A stretch of DNA of 64,000 nucleotides, taken from NCBI GenBank assembly GCA_965202585.1, contig OZ241826.1, positions 114,948,001-115,012,000 on the forward strand, read 5' to 3'. Made by a program: the position numbers and the translations under genes. Every line of letters starts with the position of its first letter. The stretch's first letter is position 1. The notes under the pieces are model-generated. The model saw nothing but the letters and a program-made list of their open reading frames with translations, was not told where the DNA came from and did not search any database. Below are positions 37,195 to 50,339 of the stretch, piece by piece. Source of the stretch: Thalia democratica (Eukaryota).

Positions 37195-40100
37195 TAAAAT
37201 GTTGTTAATTGACTTGAGTTTGTTGTTTTAACAACTCACTGCTTAAAATAAGCCATTTTAGTTCAATAGCCACAGCTCATACCATAGTAGTACTAGAAAA
37301 TAAAAAGTATTAATCAAAGTAGAAATTATATGTTGTTTAATAAAACAAAAAAAGTGTATTAGTTATTTTTAATAATATTAATGAATACAAAGTTGTTACT
37401 GCAAGTTTGCCATTTTCTTGTATTTGTATTGGTTTTGAAAATTTTCAAGTTTTTCATCGATATGAATTTATGTAATCATAAATGTGAAAAAAATTGCTAC
37501 AAATGAATAGAGCATGTCATTTTTAACCAGATAAAATGATATTTAAAATTATTTTTGTTTTAAAAATAAAACCCTTTATAATATTTTATTAGAAATTGTA
37601 GGAGAAACCACTGTAACAGGATAAAAACCAGATTTTTTATTGTATATTTGCAAGCCATTTGGTTTGAATCTTGCAATATTGTTCACTTCAGAGATTTTTC
37701 AAAGTTTTTTTAAGGACCCTATTAACATCAGTCAACACAAATTTTATAAAAACAAAATAAGTATATAATTACATAGTGACACAAATTATCAATTTTAGTA
37801 TAATGTCAAAAAATATTTATACAGGGTTACCACACTCATGATACTCCGGACTACTCAAACGATTTTTAAAACATCAGGATGACTCAGTATTACTCAGGAA
37901 GGATAATTGAAATTTGATTTTTAAAGTCAGGCAGGCTCAAGATAGTTATGTTCTTTATTGAAAAACTGAGAATCGTTTTGAGCGTTTGAAAATCCTAGGC
38001 CTTTTTTTAGACTTTGAATGATATTTGGTTGTATTAATTGAAACATCTTTTTTTTATACCCAATTTTATTGAAGAAGTTGATTTTTGGTGTATTTTAAAA
38101 GTTTTTTATTTTTTCTTTGAGTTCAAAAATATAGGATGACTCAAGCAAATAAATGATCACTTAGACAGTTTTTTTGCTTAAAACAGCAATTTAAATTTTG
38201 ATTTAGATTTAGTTAAATTAATTAAAATATTTATTATTCACTACCCAATTTTTTAAAGAAAAGTTTTTAGTAAAATTTAAAAATATTTAACATTTTATCA
38301 GGATTTCAAAAATTTCAGGATAACTCAATCAAATAAATTGCATTCAGGACAGTATATTTGACTAAAACAGTAGAATTCCTGTTTATAATAAAAAGTATTT
38401 ACAACAAAAAAGACCTTTTATTCATTTAGTTATAACAAACTTATTCACTTTGCTGTTTTAAGCTAGTTTTGCTCAGTAAAAGAACACTGTCACAAAGGGT
38501 TAACTATAAAACTTTTTTTTTATAGAAAAAAATATTTATATAATTATGTTAAGTTGCTGAAGATCAAAGATTTTAGTATATTTTGATTATAAAGTAATAT
38601 AAATATTTTCAAATGTACTTTCAATTCATAATGTTTGTAAAACATCAGTCTTATTCTTAAGTATACAAGAGTCAGAGTTTCCACAAAACAACAAAACCTG
38701 GATTTGGCTAAAAAACCTGTAATTTGAGTTATTTTTCAAATAAAGTATGAATAATATGGATTTTAAAAACCTGGAATTTTAGACTATTTTTACATATTAC
38801 AGGGTTGCCAAATCCTTAAGGAATTCAGGGAAACTCAGGGAAACTCAGGGAATTTCGATTCTCTTTTTTTCACAAAGGGAAACTCAGAGCAGTTTTGGAT
38901 TTTTATAAAAATTTCAGGGAAATTTAAAAATTTTTTTTTAAATATCAGGAAATTTTTTTCTAGATCTAGAAAGAAATTTAGTTAATTCAGCTTAAATATT
39001 ATGTTCAAAAAATTTAGATTTAATTTTTTTGAGTGCTTATTTAAAAGTTTTTTTGGTCTTGCAGCTAGTTGTTAAATATTCTTAGAAGATAAATTGTATT
39101 TTTTAATAAATTATAAGAATTTTAAGGGTTTAAACTCAGGGAAGTTTTTTGTTATTTAGGGAAAATTTTTTTTGACTTAAAGAGTGGCAACCCTTGTATT
39201 AAGTACTAAAACTTTAATTTGACACAAAAAAATTAGATATAAAATAAAATTTTTTGTCAATATCAATATCTATTTCTTTTATTGAAAACTAAATTAAAAG
39301 TAGCTTTACAGTATTTTAATTTAGTTGAACACTACTTCACACAGTTTTTAATTTTAAACTAAACGAAAAAACGAGTATTTGAAAAAAGCAGTGGCCACCC
39401 TTATAAATTTTTAAGTAGATTTATTTATGATTAACTCTACCTTGCTAATTAACATTAAAGTAGTCAAAAATAAATTATATGTTTTTTTATGTAAAAAAAT
39501 CTCTCGGTGACATGTTGTTTTGCTAATACTCATAAAATAAAATTTCAACATTTAAAGACAGAAAGGGAAAATTATTAAGTTCAAAATACTAAGCAAGCAA
39601 AAAAATTACTTCAACAATTTAATCATGTGATTCTGACCAGTGAACCAATATGTTTTAATTTTAATATCTAAAATTTAAATAAAATCTATCCATTGTACTT
39701 AGTTATTGGTAAAAAAAGTCAAAGCAAAAGTTATAACTAACTTTAGAATTAGAAATTTAAGGTGGCTATTTAAATAAAAAACTATGGTATATAAATTTCA
39801 ACCTAAAAAGATGAGAAATCTAGTAGTTTTAGAAATAATTAAAAAGATAAAACTTTGGTTATCAAATTTATGTAAAATCCGTAAAACTTACATGTTTTAT
39901 TTCTATAACTTTAACTATTCTTAGCAATAAAGAGGCCATTATATTAATAATAATAAAAAAAACTCTTAATTAAAATTATATTAAGTAAAACTTAAACTCA
40001 CACACATTTAGAGTATCATTTTAGTAGTTATGTAAATTTTAAAAATTTTTTATTTATGTTTAATTTTTTTTTAAGAAATAAAAATATATTATGTTTCAAA

Positions 40101-42780
40101 AAATCTGGAAAATTATTGTAAAAATAAGTTGTCACTCTAGTATAAAAATAGAAAGTAAAATTATGTTAGTTACAGTCTTTGTCATGAATATACAATCAGA
40201 TTTTATTTCAATCTAGATTGAAATGATAAACTTAAGAAAACTAATTTTATTTGCACTTATTAAGCTTTAAATGTTTTCTTAGTAAAAACAACGAAATATT
40301 TTTAAAAGTTATTAGAATAAAAGATGTCGTTATGTATCCGGAAATTATAAAACTTAAATTTATATTTATAAAATTAAAATATAAGGGATGTCACACACTC
40401 AAAATAAGTAAGAATTTTTGTATATATTTCGGGCTGACTCAAGACGTTTTATTTTATAATAAAAATTCATAATAGTTTGCAAAGAGTATTCAAACACTCA
40501 GGATAACTAAATAAATAAATACCAAAGATAGATAAATAAAGAAAATCTCCGCATGACTCGGAACTATTTAGGTTTTCTAAAATGAACTCAATCTAGTTTT
40601 AATCTCAGGCCAGTATTTTAGACATAAGTTTAGAGTTATTATAACTATGTAAAATATTCTTTGAAAAGTTTAATAAATAAAACTAAAACTATTTGATTTT
40701 TTTTTACTTCTTGTGAAATTTTTAGTGGTAATTTAATGTAACAAATATTCAAATAGTTTTTACATACTCTACTTAGTTTAATTCAGGCTCATTTGTTCTT
40801 TTTATCAAAACACAGGTTGGCTAACTTTATTATATAAAGTTTTAATTATTTCAAGTGTTTTTTCTTAATTTTATTTTTGTTTTGTTATAATATTTTTATC
40901 TTTACTACTGTACTACTAATCTATAAATATAAGTTTTAATTCTTAATTTTTAATTATATATCACTCCTTGCCTTAACACCATTAAACATATTAGTCGTTT
41001 TTATTTAGACAATATTGTAGTATTTATGATGATGTCTATTATTTGTAGTGTTAGGTATCTGTGAATTACAAAACAAAAGTATAAACTCAATTAAATGAAT
41101 ATTATCAATTTTATAGTGTGGTTGAATATTTTGTTATTTCTATTGTTTAATCTAGTACTTTCGAACCATTAAAAAAATTACACATTACAAGTTCACAGAT
41201 TTATTCATGTTTACTAACAAAGTATTTTTAATTAATGTGGTTTTATAAAAAAAAAAAATTTAAAGTGTTCTTACATCCTAATTTTTCAAGTGCTAAAAAA
41301 CTCTGAATTTATACTTTAGTTTTTTTTTTGAAATAAAAAAAAGCAACAATTCGGTTAAATTTTTAAATTTATAAATATTATTTTGAGATAATTAGATTTT
41401 TTTAATTTAAAACTGTGATTTTTTTAATTAAAAACTAGTTAGTCATCGAAGTTTTTTCATAATAAACTATAAAATTAAATATTCTTCTTAATCAATAAGT
41501 AAATATATATTCGAATAGCTAAACATATTCAAACTAATATTTTCAGATTTTTTATAACAAGATTAAACAAACTATCATCAAGTTATGTCAGGTGAAAGTA
41601 ATATGGACCAAATTGGTGTCAAAAGAATAAAAATTGAAGATAACCATGAAAAATTAGCAAGTTTTGGTGCAACTTGTAGAAGTTCAGTAGTTGATTGTTT
41701 TAAAAACAAATGCATGAAGTTTTTAACAAAACAATTAGATGATAAAAGTGTACGAGCTTATAACACTTTTGATAGTAGAGGTAAGAAAATTAAAAAAAAA
41801 TATTTTAGATTGATCTATTTGTTATATTTAGTTTTAATAATATTTATTTATTTATTTTGTATAGACTTAATTTGTTCGTTAAAGCATAACTTTTATGCTT
41901 AAAAAGGATTAAAAATTTAAAAGAAAAGGATTAAAATATTAATTTAAGATGTTATTAAAAAGTTTTTAAAAAATTTGAAAACTGTAAATTATATTAACAA
42001 AATTAAAATGAATAGATAAAATTTTCATATTAGGGGTTAGTTATATTTTTCGATGTTAATATTGACTTTTATGTAAATTATAAAGGTAAACTACAAACAA
42101 TTAATTCAATTATTGAAAAAATATATAATGCTTGAGATATAGTTATTTTATTTAAATGTTACCAATCTATCTATTTTACTGGAATATTTTTACAGTAAAA
42201 CTAATCAGAAATCCAAAAAATCAAAAAATTAAATCTTACCCAACATTTTTGAAACTTAATTATTCAGGTGATATTTTGTTATTAAAAAATTTATTGTAAA
42301 GATTGAGAAAAAATTTGACCCAAAAAAAGAAAAGCACATCTGGAAAAATGTCTTTTCAAATTAAAAAAGATAACTTTATTTTTTGGTACAATAGTAATGT
42401 TAATTATTTACTTAAGATTTAAAAAAAAAGACTGTTTAAAGTGTAGGAAAAGATATTCTTTTATCTTGTCGGTTTTTTCTTTTACAGTTTAAAATATTTC
42501 TAAACATCTATAAACAGCACCAAGCCAAATCTCCTATCAGAGATATGCTAGTAGACTACCATATCTTAAAATGTTAAATTTAAAAAAGTAATACTACAAT
42601 ATTTTTTTATTTTTAAACAATAATTACAAAAATTTTTATTGAATTTAATTTTTTTTTTTAGTATATTTAAAATAACAGCATTAAGTAATAAAACAATAAT
42701 GTTGTTATCAATTACGTAGATTTCAAGTTCTAAATCTATCAATTACTCTAAGCAAATTTACAAATATGTTATTTATACAT
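37195..42780. repeat. Right arm of the large inverted repeat (gene D upstream, exon 1 and intron)
   Basis: Reverse complement of ~25930-31830, with a ~5.4-kb spacer between the arms. Confidence 0.92.
38800..39195. mobile_element. Copy of the same MITE insertion in the gene D arm
   Basis: CAGGGTTGCCA...TGGCAACCCTT, flanked by ATATTA/GTATTA. One extra internal 10-bp unit (AACTCAGGGA). Confidence 0.85.
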
Positions 42781-44230
42781 GCTTAATTTTTTAGATTTAT
42801 CAAACGTGAAAAAAGATGAAATAATTTTAGCTATGAAAATAAATAAGCTTCTGCAAAAGGAAGATGCAAACATGAAGATAAGTAAAATTATCCGAGATAA
42901 ATTAGCTGTCAAAAACGTTCTTACTTTTTACAGCTTAGCTAAACTTTACAAACTACCTATTGTTTCTGAGTCATCTTTGCTCTACATTGAACGTTGTTTT
43001 ACAATGATTGTTGAAACTCAAACATTTTTACACTTAAACTTTAATCTTGTTGCGAAAATACTTAACAGTTCTGAACTAAATATTCACTCGGAAGTTGAAG
43101 TATTTAATGCAGTAATTACTTGGTTAAAACACAACAGTGAAGAACGTATCAAATATGCAAAACAATTGTTACTAAAAATTCGACTTTCTTTATTATCAGA
43201 AGATGCATTGAAATATGTTTTAGATAAAACTTCGTCATTTTTTAGCAATAATGAAATTATGAGCGTACTGAATGAAGTTATGACTAAAAAAGAAACAAGT
43301 TTACAAAACAAAATAAATAGTTATGCTACAAATAGGTGTTGTAGTCAAAATCAGTTTAGTTTATTATCATGTGGTGGGTACGATAGTATAACAAGAAAAA
43401 CAGTCAAGGATGTACACCAAGTTAATGGAAGTAATCTAAGCAACGTTTTACGACTACCTTCAATGGTTATTGAGAGAAAAGGTTTTGAAGCTATTTGTTT
43501 AAAAGGAGAAGTTTACGTTTTCGGTGGTATTGATAATGCTAATATTTTGGTAAAATCAGTTGAAAAATTTTCACCTTCTAATAATAAATGGACTGTAGTA
43601 ACTAATATGGTTGATAAACGTCAGTACTTTTGTGCTTGTGCATTTATGGGTAAAGTATATATTTTTGGAGGTTCTTTTAGTGAAGAAGAGAAAACAACTA
43701 ACTCTTGCTTACAATTTAATACAAAAGAAGAACATTTTTCTGACATAAGTTGGAAAGAAATAGCTAGAATGAAAGAAACAAGAAAGTATGCAGATTGTGC
43801 AGTTTTCCAAGGAAATATTGTGGTTTCAGGTGGATGGGATAACTTTGCCAATTACTTAAATTCAGTAGAATCATATGATGTTTTTGCTGATAAATGGTCA
43901 CCAATGCCTATTATGGTAAATTATAAGTTTTTTCACAGTTTAGTTACTCTAAAGAATAAACTATATGTTATTGGTTATGGAACGAATAGTTGTGAAGTTT
44001 TTGACAATATCAATAGAAAATTTGTTGAACTAAAATCAAGTTACAATCATTACGCTATGAATAAAGCTATGTCAATTGGAAATAAAATAGTAATACTTGA
44101 AAATCACAATTCATCAGTTATTTGTTATGATGTTGATAAAGATCAATGGTCTAAAGAATCGTGTGAAGTAACAAAAGGTTTTAAAGATTTTGCTTGTGCA
44201 AAGTCATTTGGTATTAATAGAATCGGTTAA
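41585..44230 (+). CDS. Gene D: BACK-Kelch (KLHL-like) protein, ~543 aa spliced (exon 1 41585-41780, intron 41781-42794, exon 2 42795-44230)
   Basis: Donor AGAG|GTAAGA and acceptor TTTAG|AT join in frame (196+1436 nt). BACK region (LNFNLVAKILNSSELNIHSEVEVFNAVITWL) followed by six kelch-like blades (CGG, FGG, FGG, SGG, IGY, IGNKIV, with W motifs). Confidence 0.9.
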
Positions 44231-46069
44231 AAAATAATGTATATTGTGGAATTGCTTTTATTAAACTTAAACTAAACTTGAACTTAATATTTTTTATCGG
44301 TTACCTAATAAATACATTTTAATTAAAATTTTGTGTTATCATATTATACAAAAAGTAGAAATTTTAACTTTTTTATATAGTTTTTAGATATTTTTAAACT
44401 TATTATTTAATATATATAAATTATTGTAAGTGTATGACAATAGGTTATAAAATAGCTACAATCTAAAAATACTTTTATTATAATGATTGCATGGAAAATT
44501 TTCTGAAAGTTTAAGGTAGCCATCTTAAAAAAACATAGTAGAAGATAGATTTTTAGTAATATATTTTTTTTTGCTGTATTAGTTTGCACCTCTCATAAGT
44601 AATATTTTATTGCCACAGACTTTGATCTGCTATATATCAAAAACTGTTTCGATTTTTTCAAATCTGTATAAATACTTTTTTAGCTTAGTTAAAATTGTAG
44701 TTACAATATTGTTAGTTTAAACATCTTATAGCTTAGCAACAACATAAGATCTAATTGATAAAAAAAAAAGTGAACTATACGATATTAAATTGCTAAATGA
44801 TAAAAAAAGCTTAGGCAGCAACCCTGTAGTACTTATTCACATAATAACTAAAAAAAAAGGATTTAAAGTTACTTTTAGTCAAAAAGGGTAGTGCAAAAAT
44901 TTTCGACAAAATAACACTTAAGTAAGTTTTAAAATCTTTTAAAGTTTATACTAAGATTAACTTATATTTAGATTAAAATAAATCAATTAAAGGTACAGGG
45001 GGTCAACCTTCATTTTGAAGAAAATAGCATTGGATGTAATAAAAAAGCTTTAAATACAAACTACAAGCTAGTTTTTGTAATAGTATTTAAAGTATTCTTT
45101 TAGTTTTTTAGTTATTATAAACTTAGCTGCAACAGCCATATAGAACTATTTTAAAAACCCAAAATTTTAAAACTCATATTTTCCTTGTATTTAAAGCTAA
45201 TTAGCATTATTTTATTTATAAAAATTTTACTGTGTCAACTTTTTATAATAATGTTGATCAAAAAGGGGTTTTGTAAGTTTTTACTCTGAAGCATCTAGTA
45301 ATATTTTTTTTTGTTTTTACTTTAAATACGCTTATGTTTCCGTGTGTATTATTGTTTTTTCTTATTGTTTTTAATTTTAATATACGCCTAATTCAATATG
45401 TTTTGAAAAATTTATTGATTTTATATGTACCATATCTTATAAATAATAAATTATTTTCGATAGAAATAGAAATAACTAATGAACAGATACAAACATCAGT
45501 GTTTTAAATATTTAATAAATTAAAAAATAATAATTAGTTTATTACTTAAATTGTTTAGAATAATATCATGCAAAACAATTTAATATCTTAAAGGGACCCT
45601 GCATCAAAAGTTAACCCCTAATTTGATCAAAACTATTGTTAAAGGTAGGTAACGGAACACTTTTTAAAAAAAAAAAATCTGTTTAGCTTTTATGACAAGG
45701 AAAATAATAAGTTTTATTTTGATCATTTTAAAATTTTATAAAAATGGAGATTGAAGTGAAGTTAGTTAATGTTTGGTTAATTAAATTTTTGTATACCTAT
45801 TTATAGCTGCTTGAATCAACAAAATCAATATTTTACAGACCTTGAATTCGGCTGTACTATCTTTTTAAAAGCTAGAGATTCTTGCAAACTCGTAATTAGT
45901 AGCATTTGTAACCTTTCACAATAAGAATGTCAACTACAACATGGTGATCTTACAATTCTTGAGAGTTTTTCAAAGAATTAGCATATAAAATTGTAGTTGT
46001 TTTAATAGTTTCTAATTAAGTATTTCAATTTTTTTAAAGATAAGGGGATATAAATGGTGTTATTGTTAG

Positions 46070-47305
46070 CAAAATGACCGGTATATTTAAATATTTTAGT
46101 ATAAAATGGCTGTCACATGATTTATAAAATTTGGTGGACTATCTGTTTGAAATAATCAGGTGAACATAGTACTGTTAAAGATTCAAAAAACTATCATTTA
46201 CCTTTCTGTATAATACATCTTTTTTACTATTACTTATGTTCAGATAAGGTTTCTGAATGAAAACTTAATAGATCTTTCGTTAGAAACTTTCCATTCCTCT
46301 TCAATTTTTTAACAAAAATAAAATTTTTATGCAAATTAAGCAAATCACGTTAAGGTGAGTATTTCCACTTTAAACTATTTTCATCTTGAACTCTCTGAGG
46401 TGGTCCATCTTGTCCAAACATGATAAATATTTGTTAAAGTTGTAACATTTCTGAAAGAGATGGAGAAAAGGGGGTAGCAGAACAAAAAGTTTTAAAGTTT
46501 AAACAAATAAAAAAAAATTGAAAAGAGGAATAAATATGTGCAAAAACTTCTTAAACTGTGTAAAAGCTGGCCAGGCCTGCAGTGAGCGTGGAAGAGCTGC
46601 GTATTATTTCAAAATTCTATTCTGATACATATGAAGTTATTTGTACTGAGTTAATTAAATATAGAGAACCATACAAATCTAAAGTGTTATACAATCCAGA
46701 ACTTTTCAAAGTAAACGGTAATACCAACGAGGAAAGACTTATAAATTTTTAAAGTGAAGTTTGCTTCTAAAAATGATGAGTGCTCTCATTTGCTGTGTTC
46801 ATTACTAACAAACTCGTATCTATCATTAGTTGTAGGGGCTCCTCCCCAAACATAAAAAATTAAAAAATGAAAATATTTTAATAGGTCATTATTATGCACA
46901 TTGTATACACAGACATGTGGTATATCGTTACTTGTGAAAGTAAAAATAACGATTTGACTTCGAAAAAGAAACCATCTCATGAGAGTTCAAAATGGAAATA
47001 ATTTCAAGTGGAAACACCAACCTAAACGTGAGTTCTTGAACTTGCATAAAAATCTTATTCTTGATTGTGAAAATAAATAGGAAAGGAATGTTTCTAATGA
47101 AAGATCTATTACTTTTTCATCGAAAAACCATATCCAAAAATATTTTTTAGTAGAACAGATGTCTTATACAGAAAGGTAAATAATAGTTTTTATAATCTAA
47201 AAGAGTATTAGGTTTACCTAATTATTTCAAACAGATGGTTCATCAGCTTTTATCAATCAATGACTGTTATTTTATACTAAATTTTTCAAAGTATCAGTCA
47301 ATTTG
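46070..47305. mobile_element. Degenerate element with ~240-bp inverted arms and a GC-richer interior
   Basis: Mirror pairs: 46073-46116/47262-47305, 46136-46157/47220-47241, 46197-46213/47167-47182, 46270-46300/47080-47110. Confidence 0.55.
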
Positions 47306-47529
47306 CAATAATGTGTAGTGTTAGTACAATAGGATATAGTACAATTTTCGTTTTGTTTTGCAATATTCTTTATCTGTTTCTAAAAGTCTTTATTTTGCAA
47401 TCATTATCTTAATGTTTAACGCCATACAACATTATATAGCCTATAATAAGTCACAACTTTTTAATACTTCGTTTTTTTGTTGTAATGCTAATTGAATATT
47501 TATTTAAGAGTTTTTTAAACACTTAAAAA

Positions 47530-47920
47530 TAAATGAACTATGACTTCAAATATCCCGCTAATGTAATTATTACATCAATTTAATTTGTTAAGGTAAGTAA
47601 GTATACCTAAAATGTTTTGTTATACAATAAAATTCTTTTATTGAGATCATTAACAAGCTATGCTTTATAATTTTCAATAAAGCACCATTTTATAGAAAAT
47701 AAATTGCACATTTAGGGTGATTATGATGTCATATTAAATCAAAAGCAGTTAATATGTCATTATATCTATATCAACATGTAAAAGCTTTCATTTTAGAAAG
47801 ATATTATAAGTCTAGGACATGTATAAGTGATTTTATTACTGTTTAAGTCACCAAATTGATAAGTATATGAATTTTCGGGTCGAAATAAGTTTTTAGGGCG
47901 GCATACTTTTTTTTATGCAA
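47530..47920. repeat. Distal 3' flank of gene D, paralogous to the 3' flank of gene E (~63355-63560)
   Basis: Shared ACTATGACTTCAAA, AAGCTTTCATTT..TTATAAGTCTAG.ACATGTATAAGT and TTACTGTTTAAGTCA. Also 44420-44462 vs 62255-62297. Confidence 0.75.
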
Positions 47921-50339
47921 ATTTGTTATTTCAGATTTTTTTAAAGAAGCAAAAACAATATGACAAAAAAAATACTGTGCTCCCTACTTCTATATAAGCA
48001 AATATAAATTTCAATGATATTAATAAAATTAACTTATATCAGAAAGTGAATTTATTTACTTTTCTATTACCTTAAAATTACTTTTGTTTATGGTGTTTTT
48101 TTATAAACAACAAAAGTGTTTAAATATTAAACTATTTTTACAATTATACATAATAAACAAATTAAATAACTTTTAATAAACAAAAATATTGTCAGTCATG
48201 TTAATTTAAAATTATATAGAATTATTACAAAACACAATTTTTTTTTTAAGTATTGTAAACATTATTATCAATCAAATACTACGTTTTACTATAAAATTAT
48301 TTTTTCAAAAATAATTTCGACAATGTTTTTTATATTTAGATATTAATCATTATATATTTGAATATTATAGTATACATATTCGCTATTATAATATTTAAAA
48401 AACGAATTAAATTTTGAATTACTGTAATTAAATTAATATTTTAAGTTGTAAATTGTTTGTTTATGTACTATAACTTAAACTTCAAACAAAATACTAATGT
48501 TAAGACTTTTTTTAACTAAAATTTTACCAAGTATTTAAGAATTTTTTTTTGCCTTTTATTGTTTTAATATGAGGTCGGATGTTTTTATTTTAATTTGCAG
48601 TTATGTTTTAAAAAACAATTATTTCGAAAACTTTTAAGACTTCTAAATAACTATATATAAAAAATTAATAAAGAAATAACATATAAAAGATATTTTTATT
48701 TACTTAGTTAAATGAATTTAGACCTGATTAAAGTTAGAGCGAACTAACTTAGAAAATATTAAGCAAAAAGCTTTATACTGATTTTAATAATGCTACATTT
48801 GTAAATAAAAACCTATTGTAAATTTTTAGAAAAAATTTTGTTATTTAAAATTTTGAAATTTAAATTTTTATATTAAATTTAGCGTCTTATGTAATAATAA
48901 TCATTTGTTTGATACATAATACTTTAACTATTATTTACTAAATAAAGGAATTTATACGTTTTTAGTTTATAAACAACATTTATTTTCTGTTTTAATCACA
49001 ACGATAAAAAAAAAATTTATAAATAGAATCAATATTAAACAAAGTTTTAAGCTGTTTCAATAAAATAACTAACTACAATTTCTCTACTTTTATTTAATTA
49101 GTAAAAATGTTACTAAATAAGCTACTTTTTATTAGACTTAAAGAATATACAAATTGAATGTTTAAAGTAAGGTCATCAAAGTTTTTTATTCAAAATAATA
49201 AAGTTCAGCCATTTGTAGTGTATAAGTAAGTCTATTAAGTTTTTATAACTTGTATTAATAATTTTAATATAATTTCCATGGCAATGTTTCTTCTAATATA
49301 TTAGATTTTATAAGTATGCTTTAATGTAATTATGCAATATAACTATGTTTATTGTTCTAGTTAAATTTGAAAATACAAGTTAGTATATGATATTAAAATT
49401 AATAACTAAGTAATTCATAAAGTATGTTTTGTATCAAACAAACGTATGAACTTAAATTCACAAAAAAAATAATACAATTTTATCTACTAAGATAAATATT
49501 TACTATTTAATTTTATTTAAAGCCTATTTGCAATCTGATTTATTTAAAAAATTAACAAATTAACTTTAATATTTTGTAACATCCTAAAGCTATAATTAAA
49601 TATGTTTTCTGGATACTATGTTTTTATTAAATTGTTTGCTGTGCAATGTTAAACTAAGGCATCATAACCTGAGCTACTTAAACAATACACACAATAAAAA
49701 TAATTAAATAATAACATTTATATAACAATTGACTGTAAAAAGCCGTATAGTTCCCATTAATAATTTCATAAATCATAAATAAATCAAATACCCATCTTTA
49801 ATACACTGGACACCTCAATCAAAGTTTAACCAATCAATAAATATATGATGAATGAGAAATGTTACAACGACTGCATATCAACCGAGTAAAACTCACAGAC
49901 TCAGTTTTGTTAACATCTTATCTTAAAGAGGGTGACCGAAAATTGTGTATTTTTATTATAAACAACAAAATAATGTCGAGTCAGACTGAGTCTTAAAATC
50001 AAAATATTATGAGTTATTTAAAGTGTGTGACTGCCCTCTCCTGAACTTTGTATATTTTGTTTTCAACTTAAGGATCTATAAATACAATTTTTATTCTAAT
50101 AAATTATTTTAATTGGTACATTTTACTTACTAATTAAAAAATTAGAAGCCTAAAAACATTAATAGTTTTATATTAATTAACATTGATAAAAAAACACATT
50201 TGTCAAAAATAATAATGAAAATTTTTCATTCAACATTTTTTTCTTAAGCACCGTTTTATATAATTCGATTCAAACATATAGAGCGCTTCAAAATTTAATT
50301 TGAATTCCAGGGGTTTCCAAGATTCTAGGTTTTGTGGTT

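Noticed and set aside
41781-41902. Hydrophobic, TM-like tail of the 105-aa ORF 41585-41902
   Set aside because: It is readthrough into the intron past the conserved GT donor; AT-rich codons mimic a TM helix.
42779-42794. ORF-track starts for D (42779) and E (60574) as true start codons
   Set aside because: These upstream codons lie in the intron before the conserved TTTAG acceptor; the spliced exon 1 supplies the start.
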